A stretch of 64,000 nt of DNA. It comes from an uncultured Clostridia bacterium. GTDB lineage: Bacteria; Bacillota; Clostridia; Christensenellales; UBA1242. Below, piece after piece: positions 49,401 to 59,380 of the stretch. Numbering within the stretch: the first letter of the stretch is position 1; every line of letters begins with the position of its first letter. Both the position numbers and the translations under genes were made by a program. The notes under the pieces were generated by a model. The model saw only the letters and a program-made list of their open reading frames with translations. It had not been told where the DNA came from and did not search any database. The stretch is from the NCBI GenBank assembly GCA_947588355.1, contig CANPYI010000003.1:16225-80224 (forward strand), given 5' to 3'.

Positions 49401-51122
49401 ATCCACATTCACAACAGAAAGGGCTGTGTAAGGAACAAAAAGTCGTACGTCGCCTCTGTCCAGATTATACAAACCTAAAGATTTAATTAAATCTGTGGCA
49501 TCCATAAGATAATTGTAGTATATGTTGCTTTCAAAACTTCCGTAAAAATTGCCATTAGGAGTTTCAACATTCTTGCCTGAACCATTAGTTCCAATCGATT
49601 GTATATTACTGTAATGATTTATTCCTGACAAAATTCCTATTGAATCGGACCAGACTGAAAACCAAACCTTATCAACCTCCACCCTGCCAATCAAACCACC
49701 TCCGCTAGAGGAAATTTGTCCATAATTGACACAATCTTTCATCCCACCCAAGTTAGGATTTTCTCCGTTTTCATGACCATAATTAGATTTTAAGTAGCCA
49801 ATAATCCCGCCATAATTTCCACTGCCACTGCCAGTTATTTTGCCAAAATTTACGCATGAAGAAACAAGCACAGGAAATTCATATCCTTCTATACTTCCGA
49901 TTATGCCGCCGAAATTAAAATCATAAGTTCCAAGTATAGTCCTACTAAATGATATCTTTCCAAAATTGACACATCGAACAATCATTTCATTTTCTAACTT
50001 TGGCAATCGTCCGCCTTCTCTGGAAGTGCCTGCTATTAGGTCACGTTCAGAGCCATCCTCCCATTTACCACATATGCCGCCAATTACATTATGATTACTA
50101 TTAGATGATGGTGCATCTATATTTGTGTAATTTTGGCAATCTAAAATAATACCATTATTGTTTACACCACAGATCCCACCGACTGTACTATTTGATCTTT
50201 GCAAATTTATTTTCCCGGAAGAAACGCAAAGACTTATTTCTCCGTAATTTACAGCAGCAACTGAACCAAAAGTAACACCTGTACGATCAAATACTGATGC
50301 CGATGTAGAAAAATCAACATTTACTATGATATTCCTGCAGTATTCAGATTTTCCAATTTCTTGCACAAAATAAGAATTCAATGTTTTATATTCACCATCA
50401 TGATTTTCGAGCGATTGGACTTGATCGTCGGAACTTTTTTGTGCAAAACTGTCGGTGTTTATTTGACCTATCTCAATCTTGCCCTCAACCACAAAATTTT
50501 CAAACGATGTGTGTGCACCAGAGAAAAGAGCAATCCCGATATTGCCGTCATTTATGTATGCGTTTGGATTTGCCAAAATATCTTCGTCCTCAAAAGTACG
50601 ATTGCCAAGATTGATTGTGTGTCCGCTTCCGTCAATCACACCATTAAGGTCAGGAATAGGATCCCAGTTGTATTTTGACATGTCGATATCGTTTGAAAGT
50701 TGAAAATAATTCCTTTCGCCAAGATAATCGTCTTCTTTGCCAAATTCCGAAACTTTGACCGATTTTTCCTGCTTTGCCTGTGCAACCACAGTTTCTATAT
50801 CTTCACCCGAAAGTGCGCTGACAACACAGTCGCGAGAGGTGACATTTTCTTCTTTCAATTTGCCAAGAGAGGACGAAAGAAAAGCCAAATCATCGGCAGA
50901 AGAAATTTTCCAAGGATTGTTTTTTGTGCCGACGCCATTCAATTTTGTCGCAGAAAAATCGTTCCAAGATTTTTTTGAAGACTCATCTTGCTCGGGCTCT
51001 TGTTGTTCGGGTGCATTTGAAGGAAGTTGGTCAAAAACGAAAAAAAGTCCGCACGCCAAAGAAAGTGACATAAAAATTGCCACAAAGCAAAGTGCAAATT
51101 TCTTCCATTTTGTTTTCTTCAT
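46455..51122 (-). CDS. Large membrane-tethered/secreted protein with GLUG-type beta-helix regions at both ends
   Basis: N-terminal basic + TM; GVGTKNNPWKISSADDL, FQLSNDIDM...IDGSGHTI; repeated N.G.I...VGGI(C/A)G; second module LQNDIDM..FTPIG..FKGVFDGN..GLFG. Confidence 0.8.
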   Translation of the reverse strand: MKKTKWKKFALCFVAIFMSLSLACGLFFVFDQLPSNAPEQQEPEQDESSKKSWNDFSATKLNGVGTKNNPWKISSADDLAFLSSSLGKLKEENVTSRDCVVSALSGEDIETVVAQAKQEKSVKVSEFGKEDDYLGERNYFQLSNDIDMSKYNWDPIPDLNGVIDGSGHTINLGNRTFEDEDILANPNAYINDGNIGIALFSGAHTSFENFVVEGKIEIGQINTDSFAQKSSDDQVQSLENHDGEYKTLNSYFVQEIGKSEYCRNIIVNVDFSTSASVFDRTGVTFGSVAAVNYGEISLCVSSGKINLQRSNSTVGGICGVNNNGIILDCQNYTNIDAPSSNSNHNVIGGICGKWEDGSERDLIAGTSREGGRLPKLENEMIVRCVNFGKISFSRTILGTYDFNFGGIIGSIEGYEFPVLVSSCVNFGKITGSGSGNYGGIIGYLKSNYGHENGENPNLGGMKDCVNYGQISSSGGGLIGRVEVDKVWFSVWSDSIGILSGINHYSNIQSIGTNGSGKNVETPNGNFYGSFESNIYYNYLMDATDLIKSLGLYNLDRGDVRLFVPYTALSVVNVDIKLKLRKDEIGVSGEDDCIKSLWNDYASNESGLTKEQFKNILNTIFDGKFLFYNYNYNEMICLRGYQQTFMLEGNTIDVSDTSFNYNYMLNNSRMKVSGDDNLQTNKSDYSLSLGVMCCGRYVFDEPSNAIKCPEMTLTLDFTEDGQIIFNPREAMIETQNVKQYYYFDNGSNRYYYEQDDGAGTVLIQNQGDKVTEETREENIPCQVKDGETLKFVITPNLGYAVRYVRVTYDDNPPNGNIGDFGDNIFNNLYPILDSNHNENVSGLSNVNRGKNPSNNNSVYLGQIKFDLTINKNNLKDLQNVRIYVFYIKLIYNVTIPTVTENKVIGIDNNVDSESILDNIVLRNYLITHEDHTKITATISGNNLKPDPLYDGKDLLNFTDVSGDTFGVLEDRLINADYSVVKYFDIIGKFVTNIDVDEFTITLTSEKIECSFDMTVKDMCFTWDDLEVREDTFAGETTPVGYSGSDESKGLYTYGESDEFGTDISDKPGYKHTLSYKLDWESEAKTFDESEDNTASFIDRIWEHVLEMSWVYDRLVNAAKVGNSLYFAVDDVIRKIEFVTDHQLQQYQLSCTKVGLGSVYVTNYVNNTSSRVNASENGFVQSIYYNTPIVLESAPNTNYIFGGYFLSTSDGEKLLSKDPEYHFVLSGDDFQEDAKIQIVVKFVAYSALAVGTQPIYQDGVYKIESADNLVWVARANARNEDFEGKILQLQNDIDMKDCENFTPIGILERPFKGVFDGNFKQIYNLRISNSADISNDLLSFRGLFGCTDGATIKNITFVEGNVTGYSDVGVVVGFAKNTTFSRVENYSTNLSATEMQYFNVNENEREETFDRLAFVDGEDKIEVVDHVAQFDIPSQFEARVNFGGLVGRTESCNFVGCSNRATVTGIDKVGGIAGSGNGTKIDQSYNKGTLRVISGTSNQIIAGENTLSDCFFGDISVLWNDSLQTNGVFGATEETLIKNSKIWTIVNGNLALKIFYW

Positions 51123-51268
51123 CTTTCCCCCTGACAGATTTGAAAGATTGCAAGCAGATTACTGATATTTTTATTATATATATTTTTTAACAAAAAACAA
51201 AACAAAAAAAGCATTTTTTGGGCAAAAAATAAGTTTGAAAGGCTTTTGCACAATCAAACTTATGTTTT

Positions 51269-54109
51269 TTATTCAAAATAAGCATAAACTCCCAAGAATT
51301 TTTTCTTAATTTCGTTCTGCCCGGTGGCAAGACGGTCGGTGGAAACTTTAAAGTTTTTATTTTCCAAAGTGACAAATTTAAGACCCATATCAACAACAAC
51401 TTTGTCACAAATGCCCACATATGCAACACTTTTGCCAGAGCCGTCAAAGTTGATATATTTCACACCTTTGCGATATCTGCCACTGATAGGAATTTGCAAA
51501 CTTGCCAAACGTTTTACAAAACCGTTGTTTGTGACAATCAAGATGTCGTCACTTGTGTTTTGACCGGCATAAACGACGCTGTCTCCATTTTCAAGATTTA
51601 TGCCTTTCACACCGCCAGAAACACGTCCTTGAAGTGGCACCTCGCTTTTTTCAAAATTGACGCAATATCCATTTTTTGAAAGTAACACAAAGGTTTTTCC
51701 CTTGATTTCATGCTCAACATTCAACAATTTGTCGCCATCTGAAAGTTTTATCGCCTGATAGAATGATTTTGAAACAATAGTGTCCTTTTCGGTTGAGCGT
51801 TTCACCATGCCCGAAGCGGTGAAGAAAGCAATCTCGCCCTCGCCCTCCGCCTTCAAAACCGCAACCGGCGTTTCCATAAGGTCAATAGTTTTTTCAATAT
51901 TTTTCAACGTAATGCCTTTTTCACGCCATTTACATTCCGGAAGTTTGTCCACAGTGGTTTTGATGCAATTTCCTCTGTCTGTAAAAATAAGCACCGTGTC
52001 TGTTGCCTTTACGGACAAAATCTGTGTGTGTATATCAAACAAAGTGGAGTTTTCACTTAAAACTTTATTTGATTTTGAATAATTTTTTGCGCTGACTTTT
52101 TTCAACGTTTTTCCCGCAGAAAGTGCAACAAAGTAATCTTTCGTGTCCTCTATATCTTCGATTTTTGTCAACACAATTTCTTCGTTTTTGATTTCGTGTG
52201 AACGACGTGGATTTGCAAAACGACGTTTGATTTCCAAAATTTCCTTTTTCACAACATCAAGTTGCAATTTTTTGCTGTCCAAAATCGCTTGAAGTTCTTT
52301 AATTTTGGCTTTAAGTTCCTTAAGTTCGTCTTCCAACTTGTTTACTTCCAAGTTCACAAGACGAGCCAATCTCATGTCCAAAATTGCCTGTGCCTGCCTG
52401 TCCGAAAGAGCAAATTTTTCTCTTAATCTTTGTTTTGCCTCCGCAGTTGTGGCCGAACTTTTGATAATCTTTATCACCGCATCAATATTTTTGATAGCAA
52501 CAAGCAGCCCTTCAACAATATGTGCTCGCTCTTTGGCAACATTAAGGTCAAATTTCGTTCTACGCACAACAACATCTCTTTGAAAGGCTGTGTAGTAAGA
52601 AATTATGTCCATCAAATTCAAAAGTTTAGGTTTTCCGCCGGCAATAGCAACCATGTTTATAGCATAAGAGATTTGCATGTTTGTCGTCTGAAAAAGTATG
52701 CCCAAAATTTTCTTGGCATTTGCTTCTTTTTTCAGCCTTATGACAGCACGCATGCCGTTTCGATCACTTTCGTCACGAATCTCACTTATGCAAGAGAGTT
52801 TGTCTTTGTTTTTTTCCTTAAGTTCGGCAATCTTTTGCAACAAAAGTGCCTTGTTGACTTGATAAGGAAGTTCTGTAATCACAAGATTTTCTTTGTCACC
52901 ATTCTGTTCAACAGAAACCTTTGCCCGAACAGTGATTTTTCCTTTGCCGGTCTCGTACGCTTGACGTAGCCCGTCGCCCAAAATGAGTTCTCCACCCGTT
53001 GGAAAGTCAGGACCTTTTATGATTTTCATCATTTGCTCAAGTTTTATATTTGGATTGTCTATATACGCCACAACGCCGTCAATCACTTCTCCAAGATTGT
53101 GCGGAGGAATATTTGTAGCCACACCAACCGCAATACCAGAAGTGCCGTTCACCAAAAGGTTTGGAAAGCGCCCCGGCAAAACATCTGGCTCTTTCAACGT
53201 GTCGTCAAAGTTAAGTCCCCAACGCACCGTATCTTTTTCCAAATCACGCAAAAGTTCCATGGCAAGCGGAGTCATACGCGCCTCGGTGTATCTCATTGCC
53301 GCGGCACTGTCGCCGTCAATAGAGCCAAAGTTTCCGTGACCATCAACAAGCGGTGCTCTCAAAACAAAATCCTGGCTCATTCGCACCATAGCGTCATAAA
53401 CCGAACTGTCGCCGTGTGGGTGATATTTACCCATGCAATCACCGACGATACGTGCTGATTTTCGATAAGGTTTGTCTGGCGAAAGTCCAAGTTCCAACAT
53501 AGAGTACAAAATTCGGCGCTGAACAGGCTTAAGTCCGTCTTCAACACGCGGCAAAGCACGGTCAAGCACAACATGTTCGGTGTAAGGAATCATGCTGTCA
53601 TGCAAAACCTCTTCCAGAGGCTTAAACAATATCCCGTTTCCGCCATAGTATCCCCCAACAGAATTGCCTTTATCCTCATGGCGCTCACCATTTGTGGAAT
53701 TGATTTGACCAGACTGCTGCGTTTTTTCATCATCAAAGTTCATTTTGATTTCTTCAAATTTGTTGTTTTCTTCTTTCATACTCTTTTCCTCAACAGAATT
53801 TTCTTCCAATTGAATGTCTTCTTTTTGTTCATTATCCTCAAAAACGGGCTTTTTTTGCGATTTTTTTGCAATTTTTGTTTTTTGATTATCGTTTTGTTCA
53901 GATTTTTGTTTTGTCAAATTTTCATCTTGATTTTTGTTTGTTTGGTCTTGAGGCTTCAAACTCCACATGTCAATTTGTCCATCAGCAACAGATGTGTCAG
54001 GCTCTTCCTCCTGCAAATCTTCCACAGGAGTAAGAAGTTCGTCATAACACATCTGCCCCGGAATAGGCTCTATGGACTCATTTTCAAATTCGTCGTCGTC
54101 AAATTTCAT
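51269..54109 (-). CDS. parC: DNA topoisomerase IV subunit A (GyrA/ParC family) with long N-terminal extension
   Basis: [36 protein letters not shown]; beta-pinwheel CTD lacks a QxRGGKG GyrA-box in the first blade; GAGG SD at ATG 54109. Confidence 0.85.
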   Translation of the reverse strand: MKFDDDEFENESIEPIPGQMCYDELLTPVEDLQEEEPDTSVADGQIDMWSLKPQDQTNKNQDENLTKQKSEQNDNQKTKIAKKSQKKPVFEDNEQKEDIQLEENSVEEKSMKEENNKFEEIKMNFDDEKTQQSGQINSTNGERHEDKGNSVGGYYGGNGILFKPLEEVLHDSMIPYTEHVVLDRALPRVEDGLKPVQRRILYSMLELGLSPDKPYRKSARIVGDCMGKYHPHGDSSVYDAMVRMSQDFVLRAPLVDGHGNFGSIDGDSAAAMRYTEARMTPLAMELLRDLEKDTVRWGLNFDDTLKEPDVLPGRFPNLLVNGTSGIAVGVATNIPPHNLGEVIDGVVAYIDNPNIKLEQMMKIIKGPDFPTGGELILGDGLRQAYETGKGKITVRAKVSVEQNGDKENLVITELPYQVNKALLLQKIAELKEKNKDKLSCISEIRDESDRNGMRAVIRLKKEANAKKILGILFQTTNMQISYAINMVAIAGGKPKLLNLMDIISYYTAFQRDVVVRRTKFDLNVAKERAHIVEGLLVAIKNIDAVIKIIKSSATTAEAKQRLREKFALSDRQAQAILDMRLARLVNLEVNKLEDELKELKAKIKELQAILDSKKLQLDVVKKEILEIKRRFANPRRSHEIKNEEIVLTKIEDIEDTKDYFVALSAGKTLKKVSAKNYSKSNKVLSENSTLFDIHTQILSVKATDTVLIFTDRGNCIKTTVDKLPECKWREKGITLKNIEKTIDLMETPVAVLKAEGEGEIAFFTASGMVKRSTEKDTIVSKSFYQAIKLSDGDKLLNVEHEIKGKTFVLLSKNGYCVNFEKSEVPLQGRVSGGVKGINLENGDSVVYAGQNTSDDILIVTNNGFVKRLASLQIPISGRYRKGVKYINFDGSGKSVAYVGICDKVVVDMGLKFVTLENKNFKVSTDRLATGQNEIKKKFLGVYAYFE

Positions 54110-54126
54110 TCAAAACCTCAAAATTT

Positions 54127-56109
54127 TCAGAAAGCAGCCTCTCCAACTGTATTTTTGTCAAGTTTTTTGTAATCGCGCATAAAAGTATCCTCGCGGTCAA
54201 AATTGGCATGCTCAGAGATGTACGCTTTTCGCTCCTCAATATCGTCACCCATAAGAGTGGTTATCATTTTTTCCGCTTGAGCAGCATCTTCAATCGTCAC
54301 TTGAATCAAGGTACGATTGTCAGGGTCCATTGTCGTTTCCCAAAGCTGCTCGGGATTCATTTCGCCAAGTCCTTTGTATCGCTGGATCATATAGCCCTTG
54401 CCCGCACTTGCCACAGCATCAGCAAGTTCAGCATCAGAATAAACATATTTTTCGTAATCTTTTTTGTACACCTTGTAAAGTGGCGGAAGTCCAATAAAAA
54501 CATGTCCGTCAGTGATGAGCGGTTTCATATAGCGGTAGAAAAATGTCAAAAGTATTGCCCGAATATGTGCACCGTCTTGGTCAGCATCGGACAAGATAAT
54601 CACTTTGTTGTATCTTAAGGACGACAGATCAAAATCCTCACCAAAACCGGTGTCCAAGGCAGAAATAATCGTTCGGATTTCCTCGTTTGCAAGCACTTGA
54701 TCGACACGCTTTTTCTCAGCGTTAAGCGGTTTTCCTCGAAGTGGCAAAATAGCCTGATATTTTCTGTCACGCCCTTGCTTTGCAGAGCCTCCCGCAGAAT
54801 CACCTTCCACAATAAACAGTTCGCTCTTTTCACGGTCGCGAGAAGTTGACGAAGCAAGTTTTCCGACCAAATTAAAGTTTTCGGCATTATTTTTTGCACG
54901 TGTCAACTCTTTTGCTTTTTTGGCAGCAAGTCGCACTTTCATTGCTTGAACGGCTTTGTCAACAATAACTTCTGCCATTGTGGCATTTTTTTTGTCCGCC
55001 AAAATTTTTGTCAGTTCTTGCAAAGTGAGTGTTTCAACTTCGGTACGCGCTTCAGGATTTCCAAGTTTGGTTTTGGTTTGCCCTTCAAACTGCACATTGT
55101 TCATCTTGAGGTTTATCACAGTGACAAGCCCTTCACGAAAATCTTCGCCCAAAAGATTTTGCTCTTTTTCTTTCAAAAGGTTGTTTGCACGGGCATAATC
55201 ATTAAATGCTTTTGTAAAAGCACTCTTAAAGCCAATCTCATGCATTCCGCCCTCGGTGGTTGGAATATTGTTGACATAGGAAAAAGTGTTTTCTGTGTAA
55301 GAATCAGTGGAAATAAAACTTACTTCCAAATCAATCAGTTTGCTTGAAGTGTGGAAAAACATAGGATTTTTGAAAAGTGCATTTTTTCCTTCAACCAAAT
55401 AGTTGACAAAATCCACCGTTCCGCCCTCATAATGATACTTTTCGGTTTGATTGTTTATTTTGTCTTCAATTATTATTTTCAAGCCCTTGTTTAAAAAGGC
55501 TAGTTCTCTTGCACGCCTTGAAATTGTTTCAAAATTAAAACTCTGTTGGCCAAAAACGCGATCATCTGGCAAAAAAGTGACAATCGTGCCAGTTGTTTTT
55601 GCGACGCCGACTTCTTTGAGAGGTGCAACAGGAATGCCAGAATGTATTTTCCCTTTTTCGTCCTCAAAAGAATGAAACTCAATAAAATATTGTTTTCCGC
55701 CTTTGTTGACAGTCACTTTGCACCAGCGCGACAAAGCATTTGTCACTGACGCACCAACGCCATGCAACCCACCAGAAAATTTGTAGTTTTCATTATTAAA
55801 CTTTCCGCCGGCATGTAAGGTGGTGTAAACAACTTCCACACCGCTTTTGTGCAAAGTTGGATGCATATCAACCGGAATGCCTCGACCATTGTCCTCAACA
55901 GTGGCACTTCCATCTTTATTTAAAAAAATCTTTATTGTGTCGCCATGTCCATTGGAAATTTCGTCAATTGCATTGTCCACAATCTCCCACAAAATGTGGT
56001 GATATCCACGTGCACTTGTTGTGCCGATATACATGCCTGGTCTCAGCCTTACTGCATCAAGTCCATCAAGCACGACAATATCTTTTGATTTGTATTCTTT
56101 TTCTGCCAT
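54127..56109 (-). CDS. parE: DNA topoisomerase IV subunit B (GyrB/ParE family)
   Basis: VRLRPGMYIG, EIVDNAIDE, DNGRGIP, EGDSAGG, PLRGK, DADQDGAHI, YKGLGEMN; paired with an A subunit lacking the GyrA-box. Confidence 0.85.
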   Translation of the reverse strand: MAEKEYKSKDIVVLDGLDAVRLRPGMYIGTTSARGYHHILWEIVDNAIDEISNGHGDTIKIFLNKDGSATVEDNGRGIPVDMHPTLHKSGVEVVYTTLHAGGKFNNENYKFSGGLHGVGASVTNALSRWCKVTVNKGGKQYFIEFHSFEDEKGKIHSGIPVAPLKEVGVAKTTGTIVTFLPDDRVFGQQSFNFETISRRARELAFLNKGLKIIIEDKINNQTEKYHYEGGTVDFVNYLVEGKNALFKNPMFFHTSSKLIDLEVSFISTDSYTENTFSYVNNIPTTEGGMHEIGFKSAFTKAFNDYARANNLLKEKEQNLLGEDFREGLVTVINLKMNNVQFEGQTKTKLGNPEARTEVETLTLQELTKILADKKNATMAEVIVDKAVQAMKVRLAAKKAKELTRAKNNAENFNLVGKLASSTSRDREKSELFIVEGDSAGGSAKQGRDRKYQAILPLRGKPLNAEKKRVDQVLANEEIRTIISALDTGFGEDFDLSSLRYNKVIILSDADQDGAHIRAILLTFFYRYMKPLITDGHVFIGLPPLYKVYKKDYEKYVYSDAELADAVASAGKGYMIQRYKGLGEMNPEQLWETTMDPDNRTLIQVTIEDAAQAEKMITTLMGDDIEERKAYISEHANFDREDTFMRDYKKLDKNTVGEAAF

Positions 56110-56293
56110 GTAAAAACCTCAAATAATATTTTCCGAGTTTATTATAACACAAAAATATCAATTAAAAAAAACAAAAACGCGAATAAACGGAAATTTTAAT
56201 TTTAACTGCGTTTTGTATATTTAGTCATTTATTTGTATATTTATTCATCTTTCTATATGTATAAACAGGACAACAAACAAATAAAATAAGATT

Positions 56294-57334
56294 ATGAAAA
56301 AGATTGTTTTGTGCGGCGGTGGAACTGCCGGCCATGTTTATCCTGCTTTGGCTGTTGCCGAAAAATTGCAAGACTTTGAAATTCACTTTTTTGGCGGAAG
56401 CGGTATAGAAAAGAATATTTTAAAAGAATATCCAAACATAATCTATCACGAAATTTCCGCTGTGCGCTTGGAAAGAAAACTTACTGCAAAAAACCTTCTG
56501 ATACCTTTCAAACTTTTCAAAGCAATCAAACAAGCAAAAAATCAACTTGAAAAAGTAAAGCCAGATATTATTTTTTCCAAAGGTGGTTTTGTGTCAGTGC
56601 CGGTGGTTGTAGCCGGCAAAAAACTTGGTGTGCCTGTCATAAGTCACGAAAGCGACCTTTCCTTCGGCCTTGCAAACAAAATTATTCTGCACTATTGCGA
56701 CTGTATGTGCACAACGTTTGAAAAAACAGGAAAGGGCAAAAAAAAATGCGTATGCACCGGACAGCCGATTCGCAAAAAAATTTTATACGGCAAAAAACAA
56801 GATTTTTTTGACAGAAAAAATTGCTCAACTTTGCTGGTGCTTGGCGGAAGTTTAGGCTCGCAGTTTTTGAATAAAATAGTTTTTGAAAATATTGATGTTT
56901 TGACGGAAAAATTTAATATAATTCATATTTGCGGAAAAAACAACTATCAAAAAATAGTGCATGAAAACTACAAACTGTTTGCCTATACCAAAAACATAGA
57001 GGACTTTTATGCAACCGCAGATATTGTTGTTTCCAGGTCAGGAAGTGGCGCGATAAACGAACTTGCCATGCTCAAAAAACCTATGCTTTTGATTCCTTTA
57101 TCCAAAAAAGCAAGTCGTGGAGACCAAATAGAAAACGCCAAACTTTTTGCACAACTTGGCTATGCAGAAGTGATGGAAGAAGACGAATTTACATTTGAAA
57201 AATTTCTTCAAAAATTAGATTTGTTGCAAAAAAATAGTATAAAAATGCAAAAAAACATGCAGAAAACCGCAAAAAACAACGCTGTCGAGCAAATTGTTGA
57301 TTTAATTCAAAAATATTCCAAAAAACAGAACTAA
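56294..57334 (+). CDS. murG: Undecaprenyl-PP-MurNAc-pentapeptide GlcNAc transferase
   Basis: GGGTAGHVYP, SKGGFVS, HESD, GGSLGS, SRSG, RGDQIENA. Confidence 0.95.
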   Translation: MKKIVLCGGGTAGHVYPALAVAEKLQDFEIHFFGGSGIEKNILKEYPNIIYHEISAVRLERKLTAKNLLIPFKLFKAIKQAKNQLEKVKPDIIFSKGGFVSVPVVVAGKKLGVPVISHESDLSFGLANKIILHYCDCMCTTFEKTGKGKKKCVCTGQPIRKKILYGKKQDFFDRKNCSTLLVLGGSLGSQFLNKIVFENIDVLTEKFNIIHICGKNNYQKIVHENYKLFAYTKNIEDFYATADIVVSRSGSGAINELAMLKKPMLLIPLSKKASRGDQIENAKLFAQLGYAEVMEEDEFTFEKFLQKLDLLQKNSIKMQKNMQKTAKNNAVEQIVDLIQKYSKKQN

Positions 57335-58473
57335 CAAAATTTGGTCATATTTGGCACGCCATATCCTTCCAGATTTCGTTCAAAGCCAAGCGGTTGGCAT
57401 GCACGAATAAGCAAACTTTTTATTTGATTTGGCGTTGCACCCTGAAATTTTTCCAAAAGCAAACTTGAAAGCCCCGCTATCATAGGAGTTGCAACTGAAG
57501 TTCCACTCAAGATTGAATAAGGCTGATTTAGTCCGCAAGAAACAATGTCAACGCTTGGTGCGACGACATCTGGCTTGATATTTCTGAAAGCCGGCCCGCG
57601 TGACGAAAAATCGGCAATTTCAAAATATTTTTTATTGTAAGAAAATTGGTCATAGCGATTGTCGTCAATTCCGCCAACCGTGATTATGTGACTGCTTATG
57701 CCGGGCGATTTTATCGTCTGATATTCCGGGCCGCTGTTGCCTGCAGCCGCCACCACAACAACGCCATCTTTCCAAAGTGCTTCTGCACCCAGCATAATTG
57801 GGTCATTATGTCCAAGTGGCTCACTGCCAAAACTCATGCAAACAACCTTTATATTTTGTTTTTTGTGATTGTCATAAATCCACTCCATCGCGTCCAAAAT
57901 CTTGTTTGCACTTGCCTCCCCCTGAGCATTCAATGCCTTTAAAGCAAAAATATCGCTTTTGGGTGCCACACCCGAATATCTAAATTTTGAAAGAACGCCA
58001 TTTCCGGAACAAACGCCGCTGACAAAAGTGCCATGTCCGTTATCGTCATATGGCAAAGACTTGTTTTGAATAAAATCCTTAAAAAAGACTATTCGATTTC
58101 TTCCTATCAAAAAATCACAATGGGGATAAATCCCCGTGTCAATAAAAGCAACGCCAACATTTTTTCCAAACAAATGCAAATCTTGACAAGCGAGAATTTT
58201 TTTTGAAACATACATCATGGCGTTTGCCATAGACAGAGAAAAAATAAAATCAACCACATCAACATTAGACAAAGAAAAAATCTCTTTTTGTGTGGCACGA
58301 CATAAAAAAGTGTTTATGAATAAATATTCATTCAAAATATGTATTTTTCTTTTCCTTAGCACCTCGCGAGTTCGCCAAAAATTGTTTGCATGCACAAAAC
58401 AAGGCAGTGAACGTTGAGAAGATAAAATCTCAATTTGTTTCAAAAGTTTTTTATCAATTTTTTCAATATTCAT
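57331..58473 (-). CDS. Intracellular S8 serine protease (AprX-like)
   Basis: AFIDTGI, YDDNGHGTFVSG, AAGNSGP, FSSRGP, SGTSVATP; no signal peptide. Confidence 0.9.
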   Translation of the reverse strand: MNIEKIDKKLLKQIEILSSQRSLPCFVHANNFWRTREVLRKRKIHILNEYLFINTFLCRATQKEIFSLSNVDVVDFIFSLSMANAMMYVSKKILACQDLHLFGKNVGVAFIDTGIYPHCDFLIGRNRIVFFKDFIQNKSLPYDDNGHGTFVSGVCSGNGVLSKFRYSGVAPKSDIFALKALNAQGEASANKILDAMEWIYDNHKKQNIKVVCMSFGSEPLGHNDPIMLGAEALWKDGVVVVAAAGNSGPEYQTIKSPGISSHIITVGGIDDNRYDQFSYNKKYFEIADFSSRGPAFRNIKPDVVAPSVDIVSCGLNQPYSILSGTSVATPMIAGLSSLLLEKFQGATPNQIKSLLIRACQPLGFERNLEGYGVPNMTKFC

Positions 58474-58488
58474 TCACAATCCTCAAAT

Positions 58489-58755
58489 TTATCTCAAATT
58501 TTCGATAATTTTCAGCATATTTTGATATGTTTGATTTGGAAGATAAATCTTTATACGTTCTATTGTGCTCCAAAGTCCGTCAAAATCAAAAGTTCCATTT
58601 TCTTTTTGAGTTTTAATCTCCTTTTCAAGCCGGCTCATGAGTTCATCTGCGGAGCAATTTTTCAGTTCCTCATAAGCACTTGAAATATCTCGTTTTGTGG
58701 CCTTTGTTTTCTGAGTTTTTTCTTCAGAATTTTTTGGCATTTCACTTAATTTCAT
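58489..58755 (-). CDS. Small hypothetical protein (88 aa), probably co-transcribed with the protease
   Basis: AGGAGG SD before ATG 58755; upstream CATATATT resembles a sigma-E/K -10 element. Confidence 0.7.
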   Translation of the reverse strand: MKLSEMPKNSEEKTQKTKATKRDISSAYEELKNCSADELMSRLEKEIKTQKENGTFDFDGLWSTIERIKIYLPNQTYQNMLKIIENLR

Positions 58756-58837
58756 TTCTCCTCCTTTGATGTAAACAATATATGAAAAAGTTAAAAAAAA
58801 TTTACACTTTCCACATTGCTTTTGCATAAAAATAAGT

Positions 58838-59302
58838 ATGGCAGTGTACAATTTTCCAAATTCTGAAAAAAATCGTCAAAATCCTGCATTTTTTGCGCAG
58901 ACACTGAAAAACACCGATTTTTTTTCAAAAAGCAATTCAGTAAATCAAGCAGAGCAGTATTATCCAAAAGACCTCGAAATTCCAAACTTTCAAAATCAAC
59001 AACAAGATTTTGATATGTCTCAATTCCAGCAAGATTTTTCCTATCTGAGTGAAAACAAAAACAAAGCGGAAAGCAGTGAAAACAGTGCTGAAAAATTCAA
59101 AAACCAAACTAATCTTGAAAGCATGCTCAATTTGTTGAAAAATGGCGGTTCTGGAGATTTATTTTCCACACTTCTTGCAGGTGGAATGATGAAAAATCAA
59201 AATCCAAGGTTTGTTGAAACTTTTTCCAAAATGCTCAACAAAACTGAAACAAAAAAAACACAAAAGTCAACAAACAGACAGGATTCCTTTGAGGATATGT
59301 AA
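58838..59302 (+). CDS. Hypothetical N/Q/F-rich protein
   Basis: 154-aa ORF filling the gap; low complexity; no SD. Confidence 0.6.
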   Translation: MAVYNFPNSEKNRQNPAFFAQTLKNTDFFSKSNSVNQAEQYYPKDLEIPNFQNQQQDFDMSQFQQDFSYLSENKNKAESSENSAEKFKNQTNLESMLNLLKNGGSGDLFSTLLAGGMMKNQNPRFVETFSKMLNKTETKKTQKSTNRQDSFEDM

Positions 59303-59380
59303 TTTTTTATTGTAAAAATAGTTTTATTTTTTGTTAGAAATATGCTACAATCATGATATAATGTTTTTGGAGCAAAAATC

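Noticed and set aside
51269-56109. Calling the pair gyrB-gyrA, or a quinolone-resistant allele
   Set aside because: No GyrA-box at the start of the CTD and no dnaA/recF context; the QRDR reads HGDSSVYD with the usual Ser.
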